This document shows positions 55,301-63,978 of a DNA stretch of 64,000 bases, one piece after another. Source of the DNA: a virus (Duplodnaviria > Caudoviricetes); IMG/VR virus record IMGVR_UViG_3300027798_000027, positions 23,578 through 87,577 of that record. One strand, written 5' to 3'. The notes below the pieces were generated by a model, which saw only the letters and a list, made by a program, of their open reading frames with translations, searched no databases and had not been told where the DNA came from. The translations under genes and the position numbers were made by a program. Numbering within the stretch: position 1 is the first letter of the stretch; every line of letters starts with the position of its first letter.

Positions 55301-58300
55301 TCATTTTCTTGATATGCTGCAGTTAAAGTAGAAATTGAAATACCTGGTCTAGGTGCATTGCTTGCTACAGATCCTGGTTGACCTGGTGCTCTAAATGGAA
55401 CTTGTCTAGATCCCCCGCTAATTCCACTTGTGGCAGCCCGACCTAATTGAGAGCCTGCTAGGGCAACATCGTCTTGTCTATCTGCCATTCCAACTTCAAG
55501 ACCACGAGCAATGTCTTCTCCAATTTTTCTTGTTCTTCTAGATGGAGATGCTGTCTGTGCTTCTCTTTCTGTAGCAGTAATTGCAGATCTTACACTTTTT
55601 ATTCCCATTGCTCCTAAAACAGCATCATCTTCTTTATTATATTGTCTCTGTTGTCTTGCTCTTACTCCAGCAACCATGTTTGCCCCGCCACCAGTGCCTG
55701 CAACTTGTGCTCTTATTCTGTTAATTGCCGCATTTGTAGTTGCATCAAGTCCCGATGTTCCAACATTTTGTCCAACTTTTGCTGCTTCTATAATAAATTC
55801 TTGTTTAAATGCTTTAAGATCATTTCTCATTCGTGACAAAGTTGTTTTAGCATTTGCAGACATTTTGTTATAAATCTCTGCTGCTTGATTGCTAGTAATA
55901 CCTAATTCTTTAGCAACATTGTGTGTAACAACAAACCTACTAGATTGTGGATATGGAATGTTTTCAGCACCAACCATTTGACTTTGCATTTTTCTATATT
56001 GACTTGGTGTTTTTTGTGTGCTCTTTTTTTGCTTAATATAAGATTCTTCTGTTATTGGAATTCTTAATCCTCTAACCCCTGCCCTGTCTGGACTAAAGGT
56101 AGTTGAGATTTGTTTCATATTGTTGTGTGCTTTTTCAACACGGGCATCTGTTTTTGCTACTTCTTCGTATGCCTTTCTTAAAAGATTATTAAGTTCTTCA
56201 GAAGTTATTTCTGTTTTGTCTCCCAAAGCATCAAAACCTTTAATAATTCCATCTGTTATTTTTTTATTAATTACCTTAAATTCATCAATAGCCATTCCTG
56301 AAGAAACAAGTTGTCTTTGTAATTCTACATCTCGTGTTTCAGCAAATCCTGCACCAACTAAATTTTGTTTAACTTTTTGTGTGTTTGCTTTTCCTTTGGT
56401 TTGCATCAATCTATTAATTTCTGTAAATTGTGCTACAACTTGATTGTCAAAAGTTGTAAATACTTTACTTAGCCCATTGTCAAAAGATGCAACCATTTTT
56501 CTAATATTTCTAGCAGCAGTTGTTTCTAAACCTTCAACCATTGCAAGTAGTTCTGCACCAGTCCTACTACTTTTCATACCAAAATGAGATATATCCATTC
56601 CACCTGGAACATCAACGGCTGTTCCTAAACTTTTTCCTTTTTGATATCCAGGAATGTTATCTGCAATCATTGCGTTAATTAATGGTGCATACTTTTTTGT
56701 CATTGCTGCTGGAATAACGGATTCTCCTGGGGTAAGCATTGCAGGAACAGTATCTTTATTTCCGCTACCTGGAACACTTAAAATACCGTCTGCAAATTTC
56801 CTAGCACCTCGTCCTGGCATCATCATTCCAGGATTGTTCATTGCAAAGTTTCTTGCTGCCCCCGCTGCAGAGTTATAGGCTGAAATTAATCTAGCAATTT
56901 CTACTCTTTCTGCAGTAAATGTTTGTGTTAAGTTTGCATGTGTTTGATTAAGAGAGTGTGCTGCTGCTGCTGCATCTAACTGCTCCATGGTCATGTACTG
57001 GGTTTGTTCTCCTAGTATTTGTGATTGACCAGTTAATGTTTGATACCCCATACGCAATCTTAAGAATAGTTTAATAATATTTGCAACAGCGTTTGCAATT
57101 AAACCAAATGTCATAAGTAGTACAGGTCCTACCCCACCAATTCCTACTACTAACAATGTAATTAATTTTTTAGTACCATCTGAAAGGTTACCGAACTTTT
57201 CAAGTATTCCTCCAACAAACTCAATAACTGGTGTAAGGGCTTGTAAGAAGGCCTCACCAACTGGAACAAGTGCAACCTTCAGGTCTTCAACACTCTTTTT
57301 AAATTTATTCATGGAAGACTCTGCAGTCATTCCTAATTCTTTTTCAGATAAAGATGCTAGTTCTTCTACAGATGAATTTGCTAAATCAAGAACACGAGCA
57401 GCCTGATTTCCGTCTTTTGCTACGTTAGCAAATAATGTTGATAGACGAGCAAACTGAAACTTACCAAACATTTGTTCAATTGCTCTTGCTCTTGCAAGTG
57501 GATCCAATCTATTTAATGCTTCTGCAAAACCAATAACAGTTGCTTTAAGATCACCTTTATTATTTTCAACAATTGCATTTGCGTTAATACCAAACCCTGC
57601 AAGCATATCTGATGCTTTTTTAGTTGGATTAATTAATGCTGCAAGACCAGATTTAAGTGCGTTAGCACCTTCTGATGCATTAATTCCACCCTCTTTCATA
57701 GCAGCCATAAAGAATGTTAAATCTTTTACGTCTCCACCTAATTGTTGAATAACTGGCGCTACCTTTGGAATTGCAGTAGTAATATCGTCAAGAGATACAA
57801 CTGTTTGGTTTTCTACTGCGTTAAGAAAATCAATTGATTCTGCAAGTTTTTCGGATGACATACCAAAAGCATTTTGCAATGATATAGTTGTTTCAAGAGC
57901 CTTTTGACTTTCAACCTGACCAAGGATAGAAAGACGTGTTGCCTGTGCTGTTTGACGTTGTAAATCTAATCCTTGAAAACCTGCTGCTGCAGCCTCTGAT
58001 GCTAAGCCAACAGTAGTAGAAACTGCAACTCCATACTTAGTAAATTGTTTTCCAAGTTCTATAATATTATCTAATGCTGCTTGCGTTTCAGCCTGCGGTG
58101 TAAACAAATCTCCATAAACTTTTCTAAATCTAAGTGCTTGGGCTTCCATCTCCATAAATGTTTTTGTTGCTGTTGATCCTAGAAGCATTAATGGCAGGGT
58201 AAAGCCAACCATCAACTGACGACCAGCCCATTGTGTATTCTTACCAAAGTTTAGGAGATTGGTAGATCCTTGTTTCATTAACTGATTAAATAGTGCTTGT

Positions 58301-58791
58301 TTCTGTGCTGCTATCTGAACCTTAGTTGTATAGTCGCTCATATTCAACTGGGTAGGCATAATGCTCATTGCCTTCATTGCACCGTTGGTGTCACGACCCA
58401 TTTTAATGTATTGGGTTTGTAGTCTCTTTACCCGCTCTTCGGCTACCTTGCCAATTGTGTCAAACTCTGATTTAAATAATCTTCCAAATGTTTTTGTAGA
58501 TGCTCCCGCATAGCGGAAGTATTCACGCATTGAAAATTTATTTTTTTCTAATGAGTTAGTAAATGATTCTGCAGATGTTCTGACTGTACGCATTTCGGCA
58601 GTAAAAGAACCGATAGCGTTTATGCTATTTAAAAGATTTTTTTGTAAACCCTTTTGAGCAAGGGCTGCTGCTTCACTTGATCTGGCTATTGAGGTGTGAA
58701 ACTGAGATATCTGACGTTGTAATGCTTTTAATTGTCCTAATGCATTAGACGAATCAATATTAATACCAATATTAGCATTAACATCAGCCAT
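52315..58791 (-). CDS. Tail tape measure protein (2158 aa)
   Basis: Length, Ala/Gln-rich helical content, TP901-like core (LKSGLAAL.NPT..A), DTVPAMLTPGE motifs. Confidence 0.93.
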   Translation of the reverse strand: MADVNANIGINIDSSNALGQLKALQRQISQFHTSIARSSEAAALAQKGLQKNLLNSINAIGSFTAEMRTVRTSAESFTNSLEKNKFSMREYFRYAGASTKTFGRLFKSEFDTIGKVAEERVKRLQTQYIKMGRDTNGAMKAMSIMPTQLNMSDYTTKVQIAAQKQALFNQLMKQGSTNLLNFGKNTQWAGRQLMVGFTLPLMLLGSTATKTFMEMEAQALRFRKVYGDLFTPQAETQAALDNIIELGKQFTKYGVAVSTTVGLASEAAAAGFQGLDLQRQTAQATRLSILGQVESQKALETTISLQNAFGMSSEKLAESIDFLNAVENQTVVSLDDITTAIPKVAPVIQQLGGDVKDLTFFMAAMKEGGINASEGANALKSGLAALINPTKKASDMLAGFGINANAIVENNKGDLKATVIGFAEALNRLDPLARARAIEQMFGKFQFARLSTLFANVAKDGNQAARVLDLANSSVEELASLSEKELGMTAESSMNKFKKSVEDLKVALVPVGEAFLQALTPVIEFVGGILEKFGNLSDGTKKLITLLVVGIGGVGPVLLMTFGLIANAVANIIKLFLRLRMGYQTLTGQSQILGEQTQYMTMEQLDAAAAAHSLNQTHANLTQTFTAERVEIARLISAYNSAAGAARNFAMNNPGMMMPGRGARKFADGILSVPGSGNKDTVPAMLTPGESVIPAAMTKKYAPLINAMIADNIPGYQKGKSLGTAVDVPGGMDISHFGMKSSRTGAELLAMVEGLETTAARNIRKMVASFDNGLSKVFTTFDNQVVAQFTEINRLMQTKGKANTQKVKQNLVGAGFAETRDVELQRQLVSSGMAIDEFKVINKKITDGIIKGFDALGDKTEITSEELNNLLRKAYEEVAKTDARVEKAHNNMKQISTTFSPDRAGVRGLRIPITEESYIKQKKSTQKTPSQYRKMQSQMVGAENIPYPQSSRFVVTHNVAKELGITSNQAAEIYNKMSANAKTTLSRMRNDLKAFKQEFIIEAAKVGQNVGTSGLDATTNAAINRIRAQVAGTGGGANMVAGVRARQQRQYNKEDDAVLGAMGIKSVRSAITATEREAQTASPSRRTRKIGEDIARGLEVGMADRQDDVALAGSQLGRAATSGISGGSRQVPFRAPGQPGSVASNAPRPGISISTLTAAYQENEMRDAVRKQQQKMAITNQRMNSLNKAFMSGTFALSALSGVASMAGGNLGKFSQILFNITGPLFALSSILQLLTGSKIISLISRFKLRFGLATVALSAFFVATKIINNAREKERMAIEGLANAITTTKEKLETLGGFFGVTPTSRSGTGAVLSSIQAKPNERSQIQGLKKTEDFQKNFEKDIKALSQATNQEALLALQTLALDLRGQGFAKAQVDIIIKALLEEAKKSKLILEFAQLDLSKEEGRAGAIALAQDITKNFNAEFKKGVEKGRKTYLGIFSGFGPEELKLTNDQQKQLKLGSQELSNVLAGVTGQFKAGSMKGSEYTDTILKILKPTEDVAYANLLLQKTLIAINPEYAKATAGVKDYETRLLLVRAAILGVAIAEELLLTTINGSVYEQESARAKIRKMLEQTEKDINNQNKVTAAATQTGKVELKGLAAKIQALKDQTAAFTLLVSKQVDFKTALELTNDAEIVAEILATKNLKTTKQRADALKKYLKLVEEFKLQSKINEETVADPRDAGIARLDNLQKFIALNETLIDLRTAPQIKAFNDEIEKQEGLLQGVNDQIQKITQNQIEPIQKVIEGNNYVLQQIALQEDAINEKYNKQIEALDKIEKANQNIANIQKQRMSIADALTRGDISAAAQAVQEARAERAQSALTGQRDILTRVRDENIGTLGRIEIEKRNKALQSEVAKIEREQLLTLQEQKNQIESNIDATNRKLKVLNSTVEKEKESATYAGKTKLEIDTTKTLLELSKGPLDAYAAQLAASATSATSLANELERALRATLTMQNKTGVGAASAPLITDPAKYDKIQKDLTKELVSMGIDAGPAAGLAASSARLQAQADAYFRANPNIDPFTGAQRKMFGGPISSKGKGGMGIVKAMAFGGRATGSDTVPAMLTPGEFVMNKSASRAYGPLLERLNESKYPGMLSGSGQTQVPVNNISTSTNDNSTAVYNYNLGFSINGANGSAKDIANAVMREIKNVDSQRIRGQRQ

Positions 58792-58812
58792 TTAGTTTCA
58801 CACCTTCTTTAA

Positions 58813-59142
58813 TTATTCAGCCATAGTTACGCCAAGAACGTCTGAAACTTCAGAAAGTTTAATACCTGATGCTGCTTCTACGATCTTGTAAACAGTTGGG
58901 AGATCAATATTCTCCTCTAGTTTTTTTACGTCTTCAGAGAGTTCTGGCTTGTATTGTTTCATTGCAATCTGTACGCACTCCATAAGAATGTCCATAGATT
59001 TGCCGTTATCTTCCGCCACCGCTCCCACACCCTCAAACTTCTTCATAAACGGACGAAGTAGAGAGATTTTTAGAGGACGTACTGTAACCTTTGTGCCATC
59101 AATTAGTGTAAGGATTTGTTCCTCATACGTAGTTGTTGCCAT
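58813..59142 (-). CDS. Tail assembly chaperone, short (G-like) form
   Basis: Directly upstream of the TMP; clear paralogue of the N-terminal half of the 59201-59896 product. Confidence 0.8.
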   Translation of the reverse strand: MATTTYEEQILTLIDGTKVTVRPLKISLLRPFMKKFEGVGAVAEDNGKSMDILMECVQIAMKQYKPELSEDVKKLEENIDLPTVYKIVEAASGIKLSEVSDVLGVTMAE

Positions 59143-59148
59143 TGTTTT

Positions 59149-59176
59149 CCTCCTATAGGTTATGTCAATTATAGCA
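59149..59176 (-). promoter_or_regulatory. Extended -10 promoter and strong SD for the short chaperone
   Basis: TGCTATAAT at 59168-59176; AGGAGG at 59149-59154. Confidence 0.75.
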
Positions 59177-59200
59177 TGGTGAAACTTATTTTTTATTATT

Positions 59201-59896
59201 TTATTTTGTTAAATCTTCGTAATCTAATCCATAGCCAATGCCAAACCCTGCACTTCTGGCATTTTGTCCTTGAAGAGCCAGAATGTCATTACCGTCTTTT
59301 GCTTTGCCTTGACTAAATACTCTAGCCTTCATATCTTCCCATTCTTTTTGTCCCCTTGATTCTCCAGACTGAGCATCTAAATCTACTCCCTGAATAGCAG
59401 CCAAGAATTTTTTTTCTTGATAGTCAAGGTCTCTACGACTTGAAAGAGTTGCAATTAATTCGGGCATAGATAAAGACTCTTCTAATTCTCTATAGTCTTT
59501 CCATATACCTAATAAAAATACTTCAGCCTCAATCTTGGCAAGGTCTAACTCTGACCAACTTGAGCCACTCTCTGTTGCTTGGTCCTTTACTGTTTCTTCA
59601 GATTTTTGATTAATCCTTATACCCGCAGAAATATCTAATACTGTATAGATAGTTGGCATATCAAGACTATCTTCTACATCAGATTTTGTTAAGTTTATAC
59701 CTGGGTAATATTGTTTCATTGTAATTCTTACACACTCAACTAAAAAATCTATGGCTTCATCATCATCTTTGGCAGTTTTAACGTATTCAAATGCTTCCAT
59801 AAACTCACGCAAATACTTTATTTTTAATGGAACAATATCTAGTTCTGTCCCATCAACGAGTTTGATTATTTTATTTTTATAAACGGTTGTTGCCAT
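59201..59896 (-). CDS. Tail assembly chaperone, long (GT-like) form
   Basis: Between the major tail protein and TMP; chaperone domain fused in frame to a ~120-aa extension. Confidence 0.8.
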   Translation of the reverse strand: MATTVYKNKIIKLVDGTELDIVPLKIKYLREFMEAFEYVKTAKDDDEAIDFLVECVRITMKQYYPGINLTKSDVEDSLDMPTIYTVLDISAGIRINQKSEETVKDQATESGSSWSELDLAKIEAEVFLLGIWKDYRELEESLSMPELIATLSSRRDLDYQEKKFLAAIQGVDLDAQSGESRGQKEWEDMKARVFSQGKAKDGNDILALQGQNARSAGFGIGYGLDYEDLTK

Positions 59897-59920
59897 AATC
59901 TTTCTATTCTATCACAGGCA

Positions 59921-59951
59921 AAACAAAAAACCCACCTAATTAAAGGTGGGT
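59921..59951 (-). terminator. Terminator after the major tail gene
   Basis: ACCCACCT-N6-AGGTGGGT 8-bp stem followed by TTTTTTGTTTT. Confidence 0.88.
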
Positions 59952-59973
59952 CTTGAGTTAATCTAAATTTAGA

Positions 59974-60615
59974 TTATGATTGTCCAAAGGTACGATCAAT
60001 GATCTTACCGTATGAACCTGAAGTATCTTCAGGAAGAAGACGGAATGAAACCTCAAACATTGATGGTTCATCACGCTTTGCTGATACAGTTACGTTCTCA
60101 ATTGAAAGAGCACGATATGCTGCATAGATGCGTTCTTTATCCTCAAATGTTGTTGGGTCACCAGATCCTGGACCAACAGCAACGATTCCTCGTTCTACTG
60201 GAACATCTCCAATGTCTCCTGCACTCAGGTTAAGTGTTTGACCTGTAGATGCATTCTTATTTCCTGTAAGTTTACTGTCAGAGTATGCTAATGCAATAAG
60301 CAAGTTTTCTAGGGTTGCTTCAGCAAAAGCGGTAGCAAGATTTACCTGCATACCTTGCTTGTATAGTCTTGCAACGTCAAGAATTTGATCTACCTGAACT
60401 TCACCGAAGTCTGGTTGGAACTGTAATTCAAGACCGTTCATTGTGTAGCCAACGTTTGTATAAGAAGCGGCATTTGAAAGTGTGGTCTTGTAAGACTCAC
60501 TTGAATCAATTACTGCTAATGATGTTAAAGTTGACGGGGTCAATGTATTATCGTTAATGAAGAATGCTGCTGCACCCACAATAACGTTATTTGACGTACC
60601 ACGGCTATATGGCAT
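59974..60615 (-). CDS. Major tail (tube) protein
   Basis: VGYTMNGLELQFQPDFGEVQVDQ...FAEATLENL; strong SD, followed by a terminator; synteny. Confidence 0.85.
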   Translation of the reverse strand: MPYSRGTSNNVIVGAAAFFINDNTLTPSTLTSLAVIDSSESYKTTLSNAASYTNVGYTMNGLELQFQPDFGEVQVDQILDVARLYKQGMQVNLATAFAEATLENLLIALAYSDSKLTGNKNASTGQTLNLSAGDIGDVPVERGIVAVGPGSGDPTTFEDKERIYAAYRALSIENVTVSAKRDEPSMFEVSFRLLPEDTSGSYGKIIDRTFGQS

Positions 60616-60689
60616 ATTATTTCACCTCTTTCATAAAGTATTTATTAAGTTGTTTGGCGTGTTTCCTCTAAAAGTAATTATACCGCTTT

Positions 60690-61490
60690 TTATGTATATC
60701 TAGAGTCTGAGTCAACCGCAATATGATAGTCATATTCAATAATTAACTTGTTTACAAAAAGGGTTCTTGCTGAGGCTAGTTCTGCTACGTCTCTGCTTTC
60801 GTCTGCTTGATATACCCTAGTACTATGGAACAAAACATTAAATGGGGTATAGTCTTGTTTTGAAACAGACCCTGATGCGGCTATTGAGCCAACATTTGCT
60901 GCATTTTTAGAAAATTTAAATGTTGTTGCTGATGGAACACTTTTAATAAAATAGGTACCGTTAAATGTAGCATCTAGTCCTGTGATTGTCACAGCATCTC
61001 CTGCTACAAAGCCGTGGGCTGTAGATGTTGTTATTGTAGCAAATTTACTTGTGAGTGCCTTATTTGATATGGTTTTAGTAGAGATTGTGACTGGTGGACT
61101 GCTTAATGCTGGATTAAGAAAGTTATAAGAATTTACGTCCTCTGCTGAAGAATCTTCACGATCAAGGGCATTAGATATAATACGAACAGTGTTTATCAAC
61201 TTACCAACGTCTGTAGAATAAATAAAATATATTAATTGTTCTCTTTTTTGTAAATAAAACGGAGTAGGCCTAAATCTCATTAATCTATCGTAAACAATCA
61301 GTATGGGATCGGGCGTTTGCCTAATCTCAATTCTGTCATTGTACAAGTCTTCAATATTGGTTGGAATAATTGCTGGAATCATTGGACTTAGTTGTTCTGA
61401 CGCTGCTATAATTTCATAATGTTCTAACTCAGACAAAATATATTTGTTTAAAAAGGTTGGTGGAAATCCAGTGTCAGTTAGTATTGTCAT
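60690..61490 (-). CDS. Tail completion/terminator-like protein with inserted beta module
   Basis: Directly upstream of the major tail gene; insert ATITTSTAHGFVAGDAVTITG...FNGTY; TAGAAT-N6-ATG. Confidence 0.6.
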   Translation of the reverse strand: MTILTDTGFPPTFLNKYILSELEHYEIIAASEQLSPMIPAIIPTNIEDLYNDRIEIRQTPDPILIVYDRLMRFRPTPFYLQKREQLIYFIYSTDVGKLINTVRIISNALDREDSSAEDVNSYNFLNPALSSPPVTISTKTISNKALTSKFATITTSTAHGFVAGDAVTITGLDATFNGTYFIKSVPSATTFKFSKNAANVGSIAASGSVSKQDYTPFNVLFHSTRVYQADESRDVAELASARTLFVNKLIIEYDYHIAVDSDSRYT

Positions 61491-61494
61491 AGTC

Positions 61495-62172
61495 TTATTC
61501 TACCCCAATTGTTGCATTGGTTATCCATTTAAACCCTGTGTCAATTCCTTTACTTCTACCCGCTATTGAACCAGCCTTAAGGTTTTTCTTATACAGTGTT
61601 GGTTTTTTAATATAGTCATAAACTCCAGATGCTCTTAAAAAAGATTGTTTAAAATATCTAGTCATAAACTCATCAAAGGCAGATTCAAAACCACCAAGAA
61701 CAAGATCTCCTCCTGGATTTTCAACTTTAACTGGTCTGCTTGTAAATACTTCTCCATTTGGTCCATTAAACTTTAATACTTTAGATTTTGTTGGCGTAAT
61801 TGTTATTGGAATTCCTTCTTCCATAATTTTTGCTTTATTATAAAATGGGGTAGTCATATTTTCAGAAACACTTCTTGATTGTTTAAATGTAGAGTTAACA
61901 GAAAGTCCTAAATTGCTAACTGTATAGCCTAAGTTAAATAATCTTGCACTTGGACTGCTAACTTGATTCCACTCGTAAACATGATGTAATGTTTTTGGAT
62001 TGGCTCTAGCCTGTACATCAACATATTGTGCTAGCGCCTGAATGGTTCCTGCACCCAATCTATCAAAGAATATTTTTTTACCACGATCAACACCTTCTAA
62101 AAATCCAAGAGAGTAATTAACTATATTGTTCATTTGTTTAGTAAAGGATGCTGTGTTTGTTCTTGCTATCAT
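61495..62172 (-). CDS. Neck/tail-completion protein
   Basis: Synteny in the head-tail joining cassette. Confidence 0.55.
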   Translation of the reverse strand: MIARTNTASFTKQMNNIVNYSLGFLEGVDRGKKIFFDRLGAGTIQALAQYVDVQARANPKTLHHVYEWNQVSSPSARLFNLGYTVSNLGLSVNSTFKQSRSVSENMTTPFYNKAKIMEEGIPITITPTKSKVLKFNGPNGEVFTSRPVKVENPGGDLVLGGFESAFDEFMTRYFKQSFLRASGVYDYIKKPTLYKKNLKAGSIAGRSKGIDTGFKWITNATIGVE

Positions 62173-62621
62173 TAGTCACCCACAGTCTGATTCTCAGCCC
62201 TACGCCATAGCATTTTGTAATATTCTGTGTATCCAAATGGGCCAGTAAAAGGTTCAACTGTTGCTACTTCGTAAATTGTTCCTTTGCCTGATCTTGCTCC
62301 CGCTGTTTCTTTGTAAATAAGGTTGTCGGATGCATCTCTAATGTTTGTTATAAGTATATTTGTTGTTGCATTATTTGCATTATTTGAAGAAAGCCTGGGA
62401 TCATCTTTTGTTCTTGCAATAAGTTTATTTTGATATTTTAAAAAACTATCTGGTTTAACATCTTCTGTTCCTGCCCCACCGACAGATGTGGCATTACAGG
62501 TAATTGTTCTATCATATACCCAATTTTTTGTAGGTTGGCCATAACCACCTTGTCCAAGAATAGGAAAGTAGATATCAGCCTTCATTGGGAACATAAAGTC
62601 TGTGACTTCGCATGCATCCAT
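62172..62621 (-). CDS. Head-closure/stopper-like protein
   Basis: Synteny, size, beta-rich. Confidence 0.55.
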   Translation of the reverse strand: MDACEVTDFMFPMKADIYFPILGQGGYGQPTKNWVYDRTITCNATSVGGAGTEDVKPDSFLKYQNKLIARTKDDPRLSSNNANNATTNILITNIRDASDNLIYKETAGARSGKGTIYEVATVEPFTGPFGYTEYYKMLWRRAENQTVGD

Positions 62622-63622
62622 TACAACACTCCAGGACGGCTAATATTATTTACATATTTAGACAAAATCTTGTCTACAATAATATTTCCAGTACCCTCAA
62701 TCATTCTCTTATCGTATTCAATTTTAAATTGATCAGTGCTATAGTTTTTAATATATCTTTTGTAATAGTCTAACTTGCCGCATCTAATATCTTCAACTAA
62801 TAATTTTGTAGCATCTTGAATATCAATAGGTACTACCTTGTATCCAGTTTCTAATAATAATATAAGATCTATGCCTGCTGGAAATGCTACTCCAGGAGTT
62901 ACGGTCATAGTGTTTCCACTGTCTTCTGTATCAAAAAGTGAAAAAGAGTCTGACGTTCCAAGTGGCATTCTTGCTGGTCGTTGTTCTGCTCTATTTATTG
63001 CACCTTCTGCCGATGTTGGGTCTTTTGTAAGTGCGGTCTTATCTTTAGTAATTACGTATGTGTAGTCTCCTACAGTTGGTCCATCTTCGTTGTATATATC
63101 ATAAACTAGTTCTGTGTTTTCATATACTCTTAATATTTTTTGCACTCTTTTCCAAAGTGGAATATAGTCTACCTCTTGCCCAACAATCTCAATAAATTCA
63201 CGCTCATAATAAAAACCACCAGTTATTGAATCAATAATTGCTCTTGCTAATTTTTCATACTCTGTATATTTAGCAATTTCTGTTGCAGATGTTTGATTAT
63301 TTATTGATGCTAAAATTGTAGGACTTACGTATGGACGCTTTACTTGTAGGTTATCTTCAACAACTATATCTCCACGATCTCCTACAACCATTCCACTTTC
63401 TTCTAAATCTTCATGAATTGTCAGAGCATATGATTTATCATATTTAATAAAATCATCATCTAATATATAAGTAACTTGCTTGCTGGCATTTGATGTTCTA
63501 TAAGAAGCAGTTTCTGATTGCTCTGCAACATCTTCAACAACTATAACGTATTTAGCATTAGCGTCTGGAACTGTGTATTTAACAGTTAAAGGATACGGAG
63601 GTAGGCGAAGGACTTCTGACAT
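62621..63622 (-). CDS. Head-to-tail adaptor-like protein
   Basis: C-terminal GYKVVPIDIQDATKLL...ILSKY typical of adaptors; synteny. Confidence 0.6.
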   Translation of the reverse strand: MSEVLRLPPYPLTVKYTVPDANAKYVIVVEDVAEQSETASYRTSNASKQVTYILDDDFIKYDKSYALTIHEDLEESGMVVGDRGDIVVEDNLQVKRPYVSPTILASINNQTSATEIAKYTEYEKLARAIIDSITGGFYYEREFIEIVGQEVDYIPLWKRVQKILRVYENTELVYDIYNEDGPTVGDYTYVITKDKTALTKDPTSAEGAINRAEQRPARMPLGTSDSFSLFDTEDSGNTMTVTPGVAFPAGIDLILLLETGYKVVPIDIQDATKLLVEDIRCGKLDYYKRYIKNYSTDQFKIEYDKRMIEGTGNIIVDKILSKYVNNISRPGVL

Positions 63623-63978
63623 TATACTTTAGCGTAATAAGATGCTACTTCTTCAGGTTGTGCTATTCGTACTAACCTGTGAGTAAGCCACTTTTCCGAT
63701 GCCTCCTTTGAGACTATGTTATACCCCACGCTCAATGCTCCCAAACCTTCCATATGAAGATTTCTGTCTGAGTGTAATGCTATTTTGTTTGTTAAATCTT
63801 TATTTTTACCTGCTTTTTCTGCAGTTTCTTCTGTTATTTCTGGCGGAATCCAACTAGCCAAAATTTCTAAAATTTCAAGTTTTGTGTTTGATTCAAACAA
63901 CTCTATGTTATTTTTCTTTGCATATGCCTTTAGTGCCATAACTGTCTTATCTTTTAATTGATCCATTGTTAGATTCAT
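63622..63978 (-). CDS. Small head-associated protein with Rho-N/HeH-like N-terminal motif
   Basis: LKDKTVMALKAYAKKNNIEL...TKLEIL. Confidence 0.6.
   Translation of the reverse strand: MNLTMDQLKDKTVMALKAYAKKNNIELFESNTKLEILEILASWIPPEITEETAEKAGKNKDLTNKIALHSDRNLHMEGLGALSVGYNIVSKEASEKWLTHRLVRIAQPEEVASYYAKV

Noticed and set aside
59530-59620. Programmed -1 frameshift site in the long tail chaperone gene
   Set aside because: The ORF is open through the junction and I see no XXXYYYZ slippery heptamer there.
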